Below, in pieces: positions 41,401-51,102 of a stretch of 64,000 nucleotides of DNA (positions within the stretch are counted from its first letter, which is position 1; each line of letters starts with the position of its first letter). This DNA comes from a bacterium. GTDB lineage: Bacteria; DUMJ01. The stretch is from NCBI GenBank assembly GCA_049970495.1, contig JBMFMV010000003.1, positions 8,754 to 72,753 of the forward strand, in the 5' to 3' direction. Below the pieces are notes generated by a model. That model was not told the origin of the DNA. It saw only the letters and a list, made by a program, of their open reading frames with translations, and made no database searches. A program made the translations under genes and the position numbers.

Positions 41401-42096
41401 TACCTTACGCCATTTTCTATTGAAACTTATAAGCTTTCATTAAAAAGAAACCCTTTAAGATATGTAGATTATGATATTCAGACAGAACCATATCAACCGG
41501 TATATGTAAGATATTGGAGACATAATGCTGGAGCTTCTCCCGTTGGAAATCTCCCAATAGTGGTGTCTTTAAGAAAAGAAGGAGATAAAATAACTCTTTA
41601 TGTGGCAAATGATTTTGTTGATAAAAAAGTTTTAGGTAAGGTTTGCCTTAGATCTGTAGGGATCGAATTAGATAAAAGAGAGATAGAGTTTGACCTTTTT
41701 CCATCTGCTTATGCTAGATATGAAGTTGCTCAATGCAAAGAGGAGAAACCTAGTATTGTAGAAGCTTTATGGGAGTGTGATGGGCAGAGTTATAAAGATG
41801 TACTTATTTTAGGAGAGTTGAAAGCTCTAGATGTATCTTTTAAAGATGGAAAGATAGATATATACAATCCAAATTGGTTCGAAGTGGAGGGAGAAGTTAT
41901 TATAGGGGCTCCTATAGAATTGTGGGGTAAAGAACTTACTGGAGATTTTTCTTTCGACGCTATTCCTGAAAGATTTAGCTTTTACTGTAAACCTAATGGC
42001 AATTACAGTTTAGAAATTAGTGTTGAAAGACCCAATAATTGGAGTATGGTAAAACTAGCCTATATGGGTAAAACCCTTTATCTAAGACCAAAGTAA
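38464..42096 (+). CDS. Glycoside hydrolase family 38 alpha-mannosidase-type enzyme, unusually large (1210 aa)
   Basis: N-terminal VPHFHCDPVW, LDVFGHT and FNQHHDAITGTS GH38 signatures. Starts 14 nt after the RLP stop with GGGAGGGG RBS. Confidence 0.8.
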   Translation: MRKIHLVPHFHCDPVWIADQNMYQEGGENLPRMTRHPFGFLDLVRSYLDCCRKDEEYTIFLSELDYLKPYWDMYPEDRKFIRYLISRRRLDLGGSYNEPNENSIGEEALVRNVLYGMTFHKLQLGADPKVYLPLDVFGHTIQLSQILKKSGFQGCIWSKHVVGFPPVFYHMSLDGSVLLHRRVDYGGHFQNIDILKEDLSLRFEETESMRIDVDLRFIGGDSDPPTEWLTGRSKELREGRIPIFLSVPSRYIEELQNRIKGKRFSIPYSSRDMAFYHIGTSLSRVELKIANRLGEIKLLKAERFATISYLLGAKYPHKALDKAWRQLLFNQHHDAITGTSGDKPYVDLMIGYRESLRLSSSILNSSLKFLSSLIDTEGQGVPIVVFNSLNWTRSDLCKIKLPVGSYKIVDSTGKIYSSLSVEKGNNVEVFFIGEDIPPLGYKVFFAIPTKNKKELIRDRGTVIENDFYRIEVDPTKGGRIKSLVYMGREFVKEERGMNELILLKEDPNRREPSWEVFTTGEKLSSSEFPADVERERNELYERLIISGRIGDFCKFRQIITLYKGIERIEFVTDIIDYKKKTSEDDMFVVVFPTTLENTLPTFEDRFGALTRRKSRGYLDFRTWQWRNYSSCGIYPAYRWVDLGPSVTIRIGSSSLPIGLTDIIIPHNKDLESNIPILLKSLANKGITASIMYDDNDMDRRSKLLSEDSTLPLFEEDIFATFRVSIGLPNNSYIERIISRLPKEVVERFQKAIEEKGYGLLLVEEDVPVLVISAKNISSLIDIFTRIEKDLADRIIDLSEDEGYISYKEVPSFGLTLINKGNISNSVENDNTIVMLLQHTARWSGKHFDFDFVPEEGTHRFIYALYPHKGTWIEAKSYKKAIEFNFELDSIVTDSHSGYFPKNHSFINFGNSDIILTALKLEGVPLAGPIMDAGDSDNIIIRVYEPCGRETCFDIYSSFPILEAQRTDLMENEITPISSFYLTPFSIETYKLSLKRNPLRYVDYDIQTEPYQPVYVRYWRHNAGASPVGNLPIVVSLRKEGDKITLYVANDFVDKKVLGKVCLRSVGIELDKREIEFDLFPSAYARYEVAQCKEEKPSIVEALWECDGQSYKDVLILGELKALDVSFKDGKIDIYNPNWFEVEGEVIIGAPIELWGKELTGDFSFDAIPERFSFYCKPNGNYSLEISVERPNNWSMVKLAYMGKTLYLRPK

Positions 42097-43592
42097 TTGA
42101 GGATAATTGCACCTATGTAGACAATTAATCCCATAATTACTAAGTATATGAGAGAGTAAGGGAATATTATTCTCATCAATTTCCCTTCCTCTCCTTTTTT
42201 ATTTATCCCCGAGACTGCTAGAGTAAGGTTTTGTAAAGATATAAGTTTCCCTCCTGTGGCTCCGCTAGCATTGGCACTAGCTAGCCATACCTGAGGGACC
42301 CCTATACTTTTACCTGCTTCCGTCTGTAAAGTCCCAAAAAGGACATTCGAGGCAGTATCACTTCCCCCCAAGAATGTTCCTATGGCTCCTAGAAATGGTG
42401 ATATAAATGGGTAGAAACTGCCAAATATCTGTATGAGTTTAATGGCAAGAAACTTAGTCATACCCGCATAACTCATAATATTAGCCATAGCCATCATAGA
42501 AGTAATAATTGAAATAGTAGGTAGGATCTGTATTAATGTCCCTAAAAGTGCCTTCTTATAGTCAATTAGTCTAGCATTTAATATTAGTCCTCCAATAATT
42601 GTCGAGATTAATATGAGTGTCCCGGGTGTATAAAGGGGATCTATCTTTATACTCTTATTTATCGGTTCAAGTCTCAGTGTAAGTGAGAGAGGATAAGATG
42701 TTAGTATTTCACTCATACCCTTGCTAAACCTTGTTATAAGTATAAGTAAAACAATCAATATATATGGAACCCATGACCTTAAATCTTCCTTAGAGACCTT
42801 TTCTTTGATATTTCTCTTCTCTACTAATCTTAAATAGAGTATTAGAAAACCTATAGTAAAGAATGAGGCTAGGATTGCAGGTAATTCTGGCCCTATATAC
42901 CAGCCAACAAGACTCTGTGTTATAGCGAAAGAAAATCCAGTTCCTAAGAGAAGGAATATACTAGCAGATTCCTTAAGTTCCCTCTTTATAAAAAATGGAA
43001 TAAGTAGCGTTACGGGAAAGAGCTGTAGGCCTATTGTTCCACTAAGAGCTTTTATTGGTAGGTTAGTAACTCTTGCCAAAGCTATTACTGGTACCCCTAT
43101 AGCAGCATAGACAACGGGGATAGTATTTGATAGTAGAGAGACTATAGCTGACTGATATAGTGGAAATCCTAATGATAATAGGATAGCAGAAGGAACTATT
43201 ACGGAAGTACCAAACCCTGCTATACCTTCAAGAAGGGCTCCAAAACAGAAAGCTATTATAAGAGCTTGTATTATCTTCTTATCAGATATGCCAGATAAAC
43301 TCCTTTTGATTCCATCTATAGCTTCTGTCTCACAGATCAATCTATAGGTAAAAAGAGCTCCAAAAATAGTCCAAATAATAGGGTATAGAGAAGAGACGAT
43401 CCCATCTATAATACTCCAGTAGATTATATTAATAGTAACATCCCAGAAAAATATTGCTCCTAAAATTGTTACAAGAAGAGATATGATACAGGCTAAATAA
43501 GGCTTTGTGACTCTAAATATAAGTGCGTAACAGAGCCACAGAAGAGGAATTACAGCTGATAATAGCATTAGTAGCTCTCTGTATCTTTCCAT
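42078..43592 (-). CDS. lctP: LctP-family permease (L-lactate/glycolate/hydroxy-acid)
   Basis: ALIIAFCFGALLEGIAGFGTSVIVPSAILLSLGF and FLGAIGTFLGGSDTASNVLFGTLQ closely match E. coli LldP blocks. 504 aa. Confidence 0.8.
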   Translation of the reverse strand: MERYRELLMLLSAVIPLLWLCYALIFRVTKPYLACIISLLVTILGAIFFWDVTINIIYWSIIDGIVSSLYPIIWTIFGALFTYRLICETEAIDGIKRSLSGISDKKIIQALIIAFCFGALLEGIAGFGTSVIVPSAILLSLGFPLYQSAIVSLLSNTIPVVYAAIGVPVIALARVTNLPIKALSGTIGLQLFPVTLLIPFFIKRELKESASIFLLLGTGFSFAITQSLVGWYIGPELPAILASFFTIGFLILYLRLVEKRNIKEKVSKEDLRSWVPYILIVLLILITRFSKGMSEILTSYPLSLTLRLEPINKSIKIDPLYTPGTLILISTIIGGLILNARLIDYKKALLGTLIQILPTISIITSMMAMANIMSYAGMTKFLAIKLIQIFGSFYPFISPFLGAIGTFLGGSDTASNVLFGTLQTEAGKSIGVPQVWLASANASGATGGKLISLQNLTLAVSGINKKGEEGKLMRIIFPYSLIYLVIMGLIVYIGAIILNYFGLR

Positions 43593-43733
43593 AATATTCT
43601 ATAGACCTCCTCTCTAATTTTCTAAAATTTTATCATAAAACTTCGGTCATTACTTATCTGTAATCAAAATTTTACCAATTCAGCCGTCATTATGTTTGAC
43701 ATAAGACAGTTATTTTGAGTATAATAGTGTTCT

Positions 43734-44951
43734 ATGTACAGAATATCTACATTTGAGTCGCTTCGATATAGAAACTTTAGACTCTTTTGGAGCGGACAAC
43801 TTATCTCACTTATAGGGAGTTGGATACAGAATGTGGCCCAAGGTTGGCTTGTACTTGAACTTACAAATTCTCCGTTCTTACTTGGACTAGTAAACAGTAT
43901 AGGATCTTTGCCTATTCTCTTTTTCTCTATGATAGCAGGCGTTATAGCTGATAGGGTGAGGAAGAGAAATCTAATCATAGCTACTCAGATCTCCCTTACA
44001 ATTCTTGCCTTTATTCTTGGGCTTCTTACCTCTACAGATTTGGTCAGGATATGGCATGTTATTATTATTGTCTTTTTGGTTGGAGTTGTAAATGCCTTTG
44101 ATATGCCTGCAAGACAATCTTTTGTTATAGAGTTAGTAGGAAGGGAATCACTTATGAATGCTATCGCTCTGAATTCTTCTATCTTTAATGCTGCTAGAAC
44201 TATAGGCCCTGCGATAGCCGGAATTATGGTTTCTTCGATAGGGATTGCAGGCTGCTTTTATATAAATGCCATAAGCTTTATCCCTGTTATTATAGGCTTA
44301 TACTTGATTAACGGTGAATTTAGGGTAGAAAGGGAAGATTTTTCTAATATTTCCTTATTAGAAGACTTAAGATTAGGTCTAATATATCTTAAGTCTAATC
44401 GAGACGTATTTATCATTATCTTGATGGTTGCTATAAATAGTGTATTTGGTATGCCTTACACGGTATTTATGCCAGTATTTGCTAGAGATGTATTTAAAGT
44501 CGGAGCTCGTGGCTTAGGTTTTCTTATGGCTTCAGTAGGCATTGGAGCTCTTGTTGACGCACTAGTAGTGGCAACCATAGGAAGATATAGAAGAAAGGGG
44601 CGTATACTCTTCATTGGTATTTCTTTGCTCTCTATATTTTTGATTATTTTTTCACTCTCGAAGAGTTATATATTAGGACTACTTGCATTAGTCTTTACTG
44701 GATTTTTTATGATAATGTTTACTGCTACTGCTAATACACTTGTTCAGACTTATGTTAGGGATGATATGAGGGGGAGGATTATGAGCACATATACAATGTT
44801 TTTTATTGGTATGACGCCTCTAGGAAGTCTCCAGGCAAGGGCTATATCTAGCAGATGGGGAGTTACTACTGCAGTATTATTGGGAGGGATTCTAAATCTA
44901 CTAATGGCAATTACTATCTTTATAAAGTTTCCAAATATAAAAAATATGTGA
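43734..44951 (+). CDS. MFS transporter
   Basis: 12-TM profile with MFS loop motif (GVIADRVRKRN). 405 aa. Confidence 0.7.
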   Translation: MYRISTFESLRYRNFRLFWSGQLISLIGSWIQNVAQGWLVLELTNSPFLLGLVNSIGSLPILFFSMIAGVIADRVRKRNLIIATQISLTILAFILGLLTSTDLVRIWHVIIIVFLVGVVNAFDMPARQSFVIELVGRESLMNAIALNSSIFNAARTIGPAIAGIMVSSIGIAGCFYINAISFIPVIIGLYLINGEFRVEREDFSNISLLEDLRLGLIYLKSNRDVFIIILMVAINSVFGMPYTVFMPVFARDVFKVGARGLGFLMASVGIGALVDALVVATIGRYRRKGRILFIGISLLSIFLIIFSLSKSYILGLLALVFTGFFMIMFTATANTLVQTYVRDDMRGRIMSTYTMFFIGMTPLGSLQARAISSRWGVTTAVLLGGILNLLMAITIFIKFPNIKNM

Positions 44952-44964
44952 GGTGTCAAGGTTT

Positions 44965-45642
44965 ATGAATATATCTCTTTTACTAGCTTTTTGGGGTGGA
45001 ATAATATCCTTCTTTTCTCCTTGTATACTACCACTTGTTCCTCTTTACCTCTCTTATATAAGTGGGATTTCCCTCCAAGAATTGAGCTCTTCTAGAAAGA
45101 CATTAATACTTAAGGTATTAGTTTTTATTTTTGGATTTTCCATCTTCTTTTCCCTTTTAGGGGCATCTGCTTCTTTCTTGGGGAATTGGCTTTTAATCTA
45201 TAGAGATTTGTTGAATAGAATTGGTGGAATAATACTTATACTCTTTGGAATTTCCTTTCTAGGAATCTTAAAGATTCCTTTCTTGTATAGAGAAGCAAGG
45301 ATAAATTTAAAGACCACAGGAGGTTACCTGGGGGCTTTTCTTTTAGGTTTTGTCTTTGCTTTAGGTTGGACTCCATGTGTTACCCCTATATTATCGTCTA
45401 TATTTTTATTTGCTACTAGAGAGGAGTCTGTACATAGAGGTATACTATTACTTTTTTCATATGCCTTAGGGATAGGGATACCTTTTATTCTAGTAGCACT
45501 TTTTATTGATGTATTCTTAAGAAACACCTCTAGAATAAAGAAGGTTCTTCCTTATCTCTCATTTATTAGTGGTATATTTCTTATAGTTATGGGTGTGTTT
45601 ATGCTTCTTGGTAAGATCTTTAGTCAAATCTTCTTTTCTTGA
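44965..45642 (+). CDS. ccdA: Cytochrome c-type biogenesis / thiol-disulfide transporter CcdA (DsbD family)
   Basis: Two conserved Cys-Pro motifs FSPCILPLVP and WTPCVTPIL. ATG at 44965 chosen over the GTG at 44953. Confidence 0.75.
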   Translation: MNISLLLAFWGGIISFFSPCILPLVPLYLSYISGISLQELSSSRKTLILKVLVFIFGFSIFFSLLGASASFLGNWLLIYRDLLNRIGGIILILFGISFLGILKIPFLYREARINLKTTGGYLGAFLLGFVFALGWTPCVTPILSSIFLFATREESVHRGILLLFSYALGIGIPFILVALFIDVFLRNTSRIKKVLPYLSFISGIFLIVMGVFMLLGKIFSQIFFS

Positions 45643-45672
45643 CAAAGATTTAAGTAAATGGTAAACTGTTTT
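45639..45672 (+). promoter_or_regulatory. Candidate sigma-A promoter of the hrcA-grpE-dnaK-dnaJ operon (TTGACA-17-TAAACT)
   Basis: TTGACA at 45639-45644 overlaps the ccdA stop. 17-nt spacer. Weak -10 TAAACT directly upstream of CIRCE. Confidence 0.4.
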
Positions 45673-45680
45673 ATGTAAAG

Positions 45681-45707
45681 TTAGCACTTGAACATATAGA
45701 GTGCTAA
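45681..45707 (+). promoter_or_regulatory. CIRCE operator (HrcA binding site)
   Basis: TTAGCACTT-N9-GAGTGCTAA is a near-perfect match to TTAGCACTC-N9-GAGTGCTAA. 20 nt upstream of the hrcA ATG. Confidence 0.9.
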
Positions 45708-45726
45708 CAGGAGATGATAGAGAAGT

Positions 45727-46728
45727 ATGCTTACTGAGCGAGAAAAGATTATCTTAAAAGCGATTGTGGAAGAGTATATAAATACAGGAGAGCCCATAAG
45801 TTCAAAAGTAGTAGCAACGAAGTATTGTCCTTATGTAAGTTCTGCTACTATTAGGAATGATATGGGCGTTTTAGAAGAGATGGGCTATATAACCCAGCCT
45901 CATCCTTCTGCTGGAAGAGTACCTAGTCCAAAGGGCTATAGGTATTATATAGAAAATATGCTGGTAGACTGTAAACTCTCTCCCCAGCAGAAAATGAGGA
46001 TAAGGAAGATATTGTCGAATTTAGAGCCAGATGTAAGAGACCTTAGAGAGATTATAAAAGCTACGTCTTGGTTGATTGCTCAACTTTCCAAGTTGTTAGC
46101 ATTTTCTTATGGTCCTATATCCTCTGGGAAGTTTGTTAAAAGGCTTTGGCTTACCCCTATAGATGAAAATAGTGTACTCCTTATCTATATGACAGAGACT
46201 GGGGATGTAGACCATAGAGTTATATATGCAAAATATAGTCCTGTGAATTTAGAAAGGCTATCCAATATATTTTCTACCAAACTAGAGAAGGAAGGAATAG
46301 ATAAGATAGACATTAAAGAGATACTGTCTCTTCTTCCTGAAGAAGAGCCTCTAATAAAAGAAATTATTGATTCTTTAAAGAAAGAGAGTTATTCTTATGC
46401 AGAATCTTATATAGAGGGAACAGATTATATAGATAGAATTCCGGAATTTAATGACCCAGAAACTCTTAAGAGTCTTATTAGCATAATAAACAAAGAAGAA
46501 CTGGTGATAGAGCAGATAAATGCGGCTATAAATTCTGGAAACGTATGGACTAGTATCGGGGAAAGAGGGAATCTTACTTTAGTGGTAGTACCTTACTTTG
46601 CTAAAGATTTTCCTATTGGGGCCGCAGGAGTAGTTGGTCCGATAAGGATGAACTATAAATTTATAATACCCCTTTTGAATTTCATAAAGAGCTGTATATC
46701 TGAAATGTTATCTGTTCGCTGGAGGTGA
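45727..46728 (+). CDS. hrcA: Heat-inducible transcription repressor HrcA
   Basis: N-terminal winged-helix MLTEREKIILKAIVEEYINTGEPISSK. 333 aa. Preceded by CIRCE. Confidence 0.9.
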   Translation: MLTEREKIILKAIVEEYINTGEPISSKVVATKYCPYVSSATIRNDMGVLEEMGYITQPHPSAGRVPSPKGYRYYIENMLVDCKLSPQQKMRIRKILSNLEPDVRDLREIIKATSWLIAQLSKLLAFSYGPISSGKFVKRLWLTPIDENSVLLIYMTETGDVDHRVIYAKYSPVNLERLSNIFSTKLEKEGIDKIDIKEILSLLPEEEPLIKEIIDSLKKESYSYAESYIEGTDYIDRIPEFNDPETLKSLISIINKEELVIEQINAAINSGNVWTSIGERGNLTLVVVPYFAKDFPIGAAGVVGPIRMNYKFIIPLLNFIKSCISEMLSVRWR

Positions 46729-46732
46729 ACAT

Positions 46733-47236
46733 ATGGAAGAAGAGCTTCTCTCAGAGGAGAAGAATGATGTGCCAGCAGAGGATATAGAACTTATCAGACG
46801 GCAGTATAAAGAGTTGGAAGATAAGTTTTTTAGACTTGCTGCAGATTTTGATAACTATAGAAAAAGGATGGTAAGAGAGATAGAAGAGCTTAAAGATGTG
46901 ATAAGGATAGAGCTTATAAGGACCCTACTCCCTATTTTGGATGATATAGAGAGAGCTTTTTATTCCATCCAAGAAAATAGTGATAGCGATATAAAAGAAG
47001 GGATAGGGCTGGTAATGAAGAACTTTCAAAATTGGCTTTCAGATCAGGGAGTTAAGACTATAGAGATATCTAATAATATTTTTGATCCTAGATATCATGA
47101 AGCTGTAGTGATTGAAGAGAGTAAAGAGATAGAAGAAGATAAGATTGAAGAATTAAGAAAAGGATACCTTCTTAACGATAGAGTTATAAGACCTACTATG
47201 GTAAAAATTATTAAAAAGGTAAAGGAGGGAGAGTAG
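46733..47236 (+). CDS. grpE: Nucleotide exchange factor GrpE
   Basis: Position and GrpE-like coiled-coil plus C-terminal beta domain. 167 aa. Confidence 0.85.
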   Translation: MEEELLSEEKNDVPAEDIELIRRQYKELEDKFFRLAADFDNYRKRMVREIEELKDVIRIELIRTLLPILDDIERAFYSIQENSDSDIKEGIGLVMKNFQNWLSDQGVKTIEISNNIFDPRYHEAVVIEESKEIEEDKIEELRKGYLLNDRVIRPTMVKIIKKVKEGE

Positions 47237-47239
47237 GAT

Positions 47240-49054
47240 ATGGCTAAAGTTATTGGAATTGATTTGGGAACTACCAACTCAGTAGTGGCATTTGTTGAAG
47301 GGGGAAAACCTACGGTAATTCCAAATGCAGAGGGTAGTAGACTTACCCCATCTGCAGTTGCATTTACACAGGATGGTCAAATACTCGTAGGTCAATTGGC
47401 TAAGAGACAGGCTATCCTTAATCCTGAGAGGACTATTCTTTCTATAAAGCGTCATATGGGGACTAACTATAAAGTTAAAATAGATAATAAAGAGTACACC
47501 CCTCAAGAAATCTCTGCTATGATACTTAGGAAACTGAAGGAAGACGCAGAGGCTTATCTTGGAGAGAAGATAGAAAAGGCAGTTATAACTGTTCCTGCTT
47601 ATTTTAATGATGCGCAACGTCAAGCTACAAAAGAGGCTGGAATTATTGCAGGGTTAGATGTTATGAGGATTATTAATGAGCCTACCGCTTCTGCTCTGGC
47701 TTATGGGCTTGATAAAGAAGGCTCTCAAACTATATTGGTTTATGATTTAGGTGGTGGAACCTTTGATGTTTCTATTCTAGAGATAGGAGAAGGGGTATTC
47801 GAGGTAAAAGCCACAAGTGGAGATACTCATCTAGGTGGGGATGACTATGACCAAAGGATAATGGACTATCTTATAGAAGAGTTTAAGAAGAAAGAAGGAA
47901 TTGATCTAAGTCAAGATAGGATGGCTCTTCAGAGGCTTAAAGAGGCTGCTGAGAAAGCTAAGATAGAGCTCTCTACTCTTATGTCTACCGAGATAAATCT
48001 TCCATTTATTGCTGCTACTCAACATGGCCCAAAACACCTAAGTATTACTCTTACTAGGGCACAGTTTGAAGCAATGACAAGAGACCTTACTGAAAGGACA
48101 AGAGAACCCATATATAGGGCACTTTCTGATGCAAAACTTGACCCTTCTAAGATAGATAAGATATTACTAGTTGGTGGGTCTACTAGAATGCCTGCCGTTC
48201 AGAGATTAGTTAAGGAGATATTTGGTAAAGAACCAAGAAAAGATATAAATCCTGACGAGTGTGTTGCCTTAGGTGCAGCCATTCAAGCAGCGGTACTTGC
48301 TGGAGAGATAAGGGATATTGTACTCCTTGATGTTACCCCACTCTCTCTAGGTATAGAGACTTTAGGTGGAATATTTACAAAAATAATAGAGCGTAATACT
48401 ACCATACCTGTATCCAAGAGTGAAATATTTACTACAGCTGTCGACAACCAGACCTCTGTAGAGATACATGTACTCCAAGGAGAAAGACCTATGGCGGCAG
48501 ATAATCTGTCTTTAGGAAGATTTATCTTAGATGGGATTCCACCTGCACCTAGAGGAGTTCCAAAGATTCAGGTTACTTTTGATATTGATGCTAACGGTAT
48601 TGTCCATGTGTCTGCTAAAGACTTAGCTACAAATAGAGAACAGAGAATAACTGTAAAGGGCGGCACAGGTTTATCCAAAGAAGAGATTGAACGTATGATT
48701 AGAGAAGCTCAAGCTCATGCAGAGGAAGATAAACGTAAAAGAGAAGAGGCAGAAGCAAGGAATCAACTTGATGGACTTCTCTATACGGCAGAGAAATTGG
48801 CAAAAGATGCTGTAGGTAAGGTAAGTCAGGATCTGATAGATAATCTCAATAAGACAATAGAAGAGATAAGATCTGCTGATAAGACTGGAATAGACAAGAT
48901 TAAGGAGTTGACTAATAGATTAAACGATGCTATATATAAGGTATCTACTGAACTCTATGCTAAGGCAGGTACTCAGCAGACATCTTCTGGTCCTTCTGGA
49001 GGACAACAAAACCCTGGGGGAGGGACAATAGATACTGAGTATAAGGTACAGTAG
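47240..49054 (+). CDS. dnaK: Chaperone DnaK (Hsp70)
   Basis: [10 protein letters not shown] and DLGGGTFD signatures. 604 aa. Confidence 0.95.
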   Translation: MAKVIGIDLGTTNSVVAFVEGGKPTVIPNAEGSRLTPSAVAFTQDGQILVGQLAKRQAILNPERTILSIKRHMGTNYKVKIDNKEYTPQEISAMILRKLKEDAEAYLGEKIEKAVITVPAYFNDAQRQATKEAGIIAGLDVMRIINEPTASALAYGLDKEGSQTILVYDLGGGTFDVSILEIGEGVFEVKATSGDTHLGGDDYDQRIMDYLIEEFKKKEGIDLSQDRMALQRLKEAAEKAKIELSTLMSTEINLPFIAATQHGPKHLSITLTRAQFEAMTRDLTERTREPIYRALSDAKLDPSKIDKILLVGGSTRMPAVQRLVKEIFGKEPRKDINPDECVALGAAIQAAVLAGEIRDIVLLDVTPLSLGIETLGGIFTKIIERNTTIPVSKSEIFTTAVDNQTSVEIHVLQGERPMAADNLSLGRFILDGIPPAPRGVPKIQVTFDIDANGIVHVSAKDLATNREQRITVKGGTGLSKEEIERMIREAQAHAEEDKRKREEAEARNQLDGLLYTAEKLAKDAVGKVSQDLIDNLNKTIEEIRSADKTGIDKIKELTNRLNDAIYKVSTELYAKAGTQQTSSGPSGGQQNPGGGTIDTEYKVQ

Positions 49055-49056
49055 TT

Positions 49057-50226
49057 ATGCCTGGTAAGGATTATTATGAGATATTGGGAGTGCCTAGAGA
49101 TGCCTCCCTAGAAGATATAAAGAAGGCGTATAGAAGATTAGCTAAACAGTATCATCCTGATATAAATAAAGATGATCCTCAGGCTAATGAAAAGTTTAAG
49201 GAGATAAATGAGGCATATGAAGTCCTAAGCGACCCCCAAAAGAGAGCTCAATATGATCGTTTTGGAACTGTTGGTGGAGATTTTTCCTCTTTTGGGGGCC
49301 AACAGTACACTACTGATTTCGGCAGTTTTACGGACTTCTCTGATATATTTGATGATATTGGCTCCACCTTTAATGACTTTGTAAAGAGTTTCTTTGGTAG
49401 AGAGAGGGCACAGACAACTGAAAGAATACCAAGGAAAGGTTCTGATATAACTGCTAGTCTAGATATTACTTTAGAAGAGGTGCTTACCGGAATTGAGAGA
49501 GAGTTAGAGATAAATAGAAGAGAACTCTGCGATTTATGCGGAGGAAGCGGAATAAAACCTGGTACACAACCAGAGAAGTGTCCTTATTGTAATGGAACAG
49601 GACAGATAAGGTCTTCACGTTCTACTCCTTTTGGACAGATAGTAAATATTATTACTTGTCCTTCTTGTAGAGGAACAGGTAAGATAATTACTCACCCCTG
49701 TTCTCAGTGTAATGGAAGAGGTTTTATATCTAGAAGGCGTAAGGTTATGGTAAAGGTGCCTCCTGGAGTAGAGGATGGTATGAGACTTAGGTTGAGGGGA
49801 GAGGGAGATGTTGGAATTAATGGAGGGCCACCGGGTGATTTGTTTGTCTTTGTGAGAGTGAAACCTCATCCGCTCTTTAGAAGATTCGGTGCTGATTTAG
49901 AGTATGAGGCAGTGATAGATATATTTGATGCCGTATTAGGAACCGAGATAGAGGTTCCTACCTTAGAAAGAAATATAGAAAAACTTAATATTCCTCCAGG
50001 GACTCAGTTTGGTTCTACTTTTAGACTAAGAGGACGAGGACTCCCATTTATTAATGACGGAGGTAGAGGAGATCTTATAGTTAAGGTTAGAATAGAGGTC
50101 CCTCAAAAGTTGAGTGAAAAAGAGAGAGAACTATTATTAGAGATTGTTAGTCTGCGTGGCAAGAAAATTAATGATAGAGGTAGTAAGTCTTTTTTTGAAA
50201 GAGTAAAGAATGCTTTTGGAGGTTAA
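49057..50226 (+). CDS. dnaJ: Chaperone DnaJ
   Basis: J-domain with HPD ([10 protein letters not shown]). G/F region. Four CxxCxGxG zinc repeats. Confidence 0.95.
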   Translation: MPGKDYYEILGVPRDASLEDIKKAYRRLAKQYHPDINKDDPQANEKFKEINEAYEVLSDPQKRAQYDRFGTVGGDFSSFGGQQYTTDFGSFTDFSDIFDDIGSTFNDFVKSFFGRERAQTTERIPRKGSDITASLDITLEEVLTGIERELEINRRELCDLCGGSGIKPGTQPEKCPYCNGTGQIRSSRSTPFGQIVNIITCPSCRGTGKIITHPCSQCNGRGFISRRRKVMVKVPPGVEDGMRLRLRGEGDVGINGGPPGDLFVFVRVKPHPLFRRFGADLEYEAVIDIFDAVLGTEIEVPTLERNIEKLNIPPGTQFGSTFRLRGRGLPFINDGGRGDLIVKVRIEVPQKLSEKERELLLEIVSLRGKKINDRGSKSFFERVKNAFGG

Positions 50227-51102
50227 TTGTCTAGGTTTTGGGTAGAAGTAAGTATAACTTATAATAAAAGAGCTTTCCCTTATCTAGACTTAGAAGATAT
50301 AATTTCTAGTAAATTATGGGATATTAATTCTTCTGGGGTAGCAATAGATTCTTCAAGTAACTATGTGAAAATAACTGGTTATTTCCCTTTAGATGCCCTT
50401 TTTTATAAAAAGCTAGAAGAGTTGGAGCTCTCTTTAGGTGAATATATCCTTTCGGGATTGAAATTTAGTTTTAATATTTCTGAAGAGTCAGAATGGCAAA
50501 AGTTTGGTAAATTTGAACCCTTTCAGATTGGAAGGTTCTTTATTATACCAGACGAAGCCAATTATACTATCCCAGAAGGTTTGATACCTATTTATATAAA
50601 ACCTGGTATGGCTTTTGGAACTGGGCTTCATCCTACTACGAGGATGTGTATAAAGCTACTAGAAACTCTTCCTTTAGAGGGTAAATTGGGTATAGATGTG
50701 GGAACTGGAAGCGGTATATTAGCTATATGTATGTTGAAACTGGGCTGTTTACGTGTTATAGGGATTGATAATGATTTAGTAGCTATATCTGATGCTAGGG
50801 AGAACGCTATTAAAAGTGATGTAGAAGATGGTTTAGACCTTAGATTAGGAGACCTTCTTAATGACTATGAGGGAGAAAGGGCAGATGTAATTACCGCTAA
50901 TCTGCTTCCTCAACTTATGCCACCGCTTTTTGAAAAGATTCCTTTAGTTTTAAATCCAAATGGATATCTTATTGTGAGTGGTTTCTCTGAGAATGAAGAC
51001 GAAGAGATAATAGTTCTTGCTCGTTCTTTTGGCCTCTCCTCGAAAGAGAGACTCATAGAAGAGGGGTGGGCTGCGCTTTTATTTGCATATGACACTGCTT
51101 AG
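50227..51102 (+). CDS. prmA: Ribosomal protein L11 methyltransferase
   Basis: SAM motif DVGTGSGILAI. TTG start immediately after the dnaJ stop. Confidence 0.75.
   Translation: MSRFWVEVSITYNKRAFPYLDLEDIISSKLWDINSSGVAIDSSSNYVKITGYFPLDALFYKKLEELELSLGEYILSGLKFSFNISEESEWQKFGKFEPFQIGRFFIIPDEANYTIPEGLIPIYIKPGMAFGTGLHPTTRMCIKLLETLPLEGKLGIDVGTGSGILAICMLKLGCLRVIGIDNDLVAISDARENAIKSDVEDGLDLRLGDLLNDYEGERADVITANLLPQLMPPLFEKIPLVLNPNGYLIVSGFSENEDEEIIVLARSFGLSSKERLIEEGWAALLFAYDTA

Noticed and set aside
43664-43978. 104-aa minus-strand ORF upstream of the MFS gene
   Set aside because: It overlaps the start of a confidently called 12-TM MFS gene on the other strand and has no RBS or domain.
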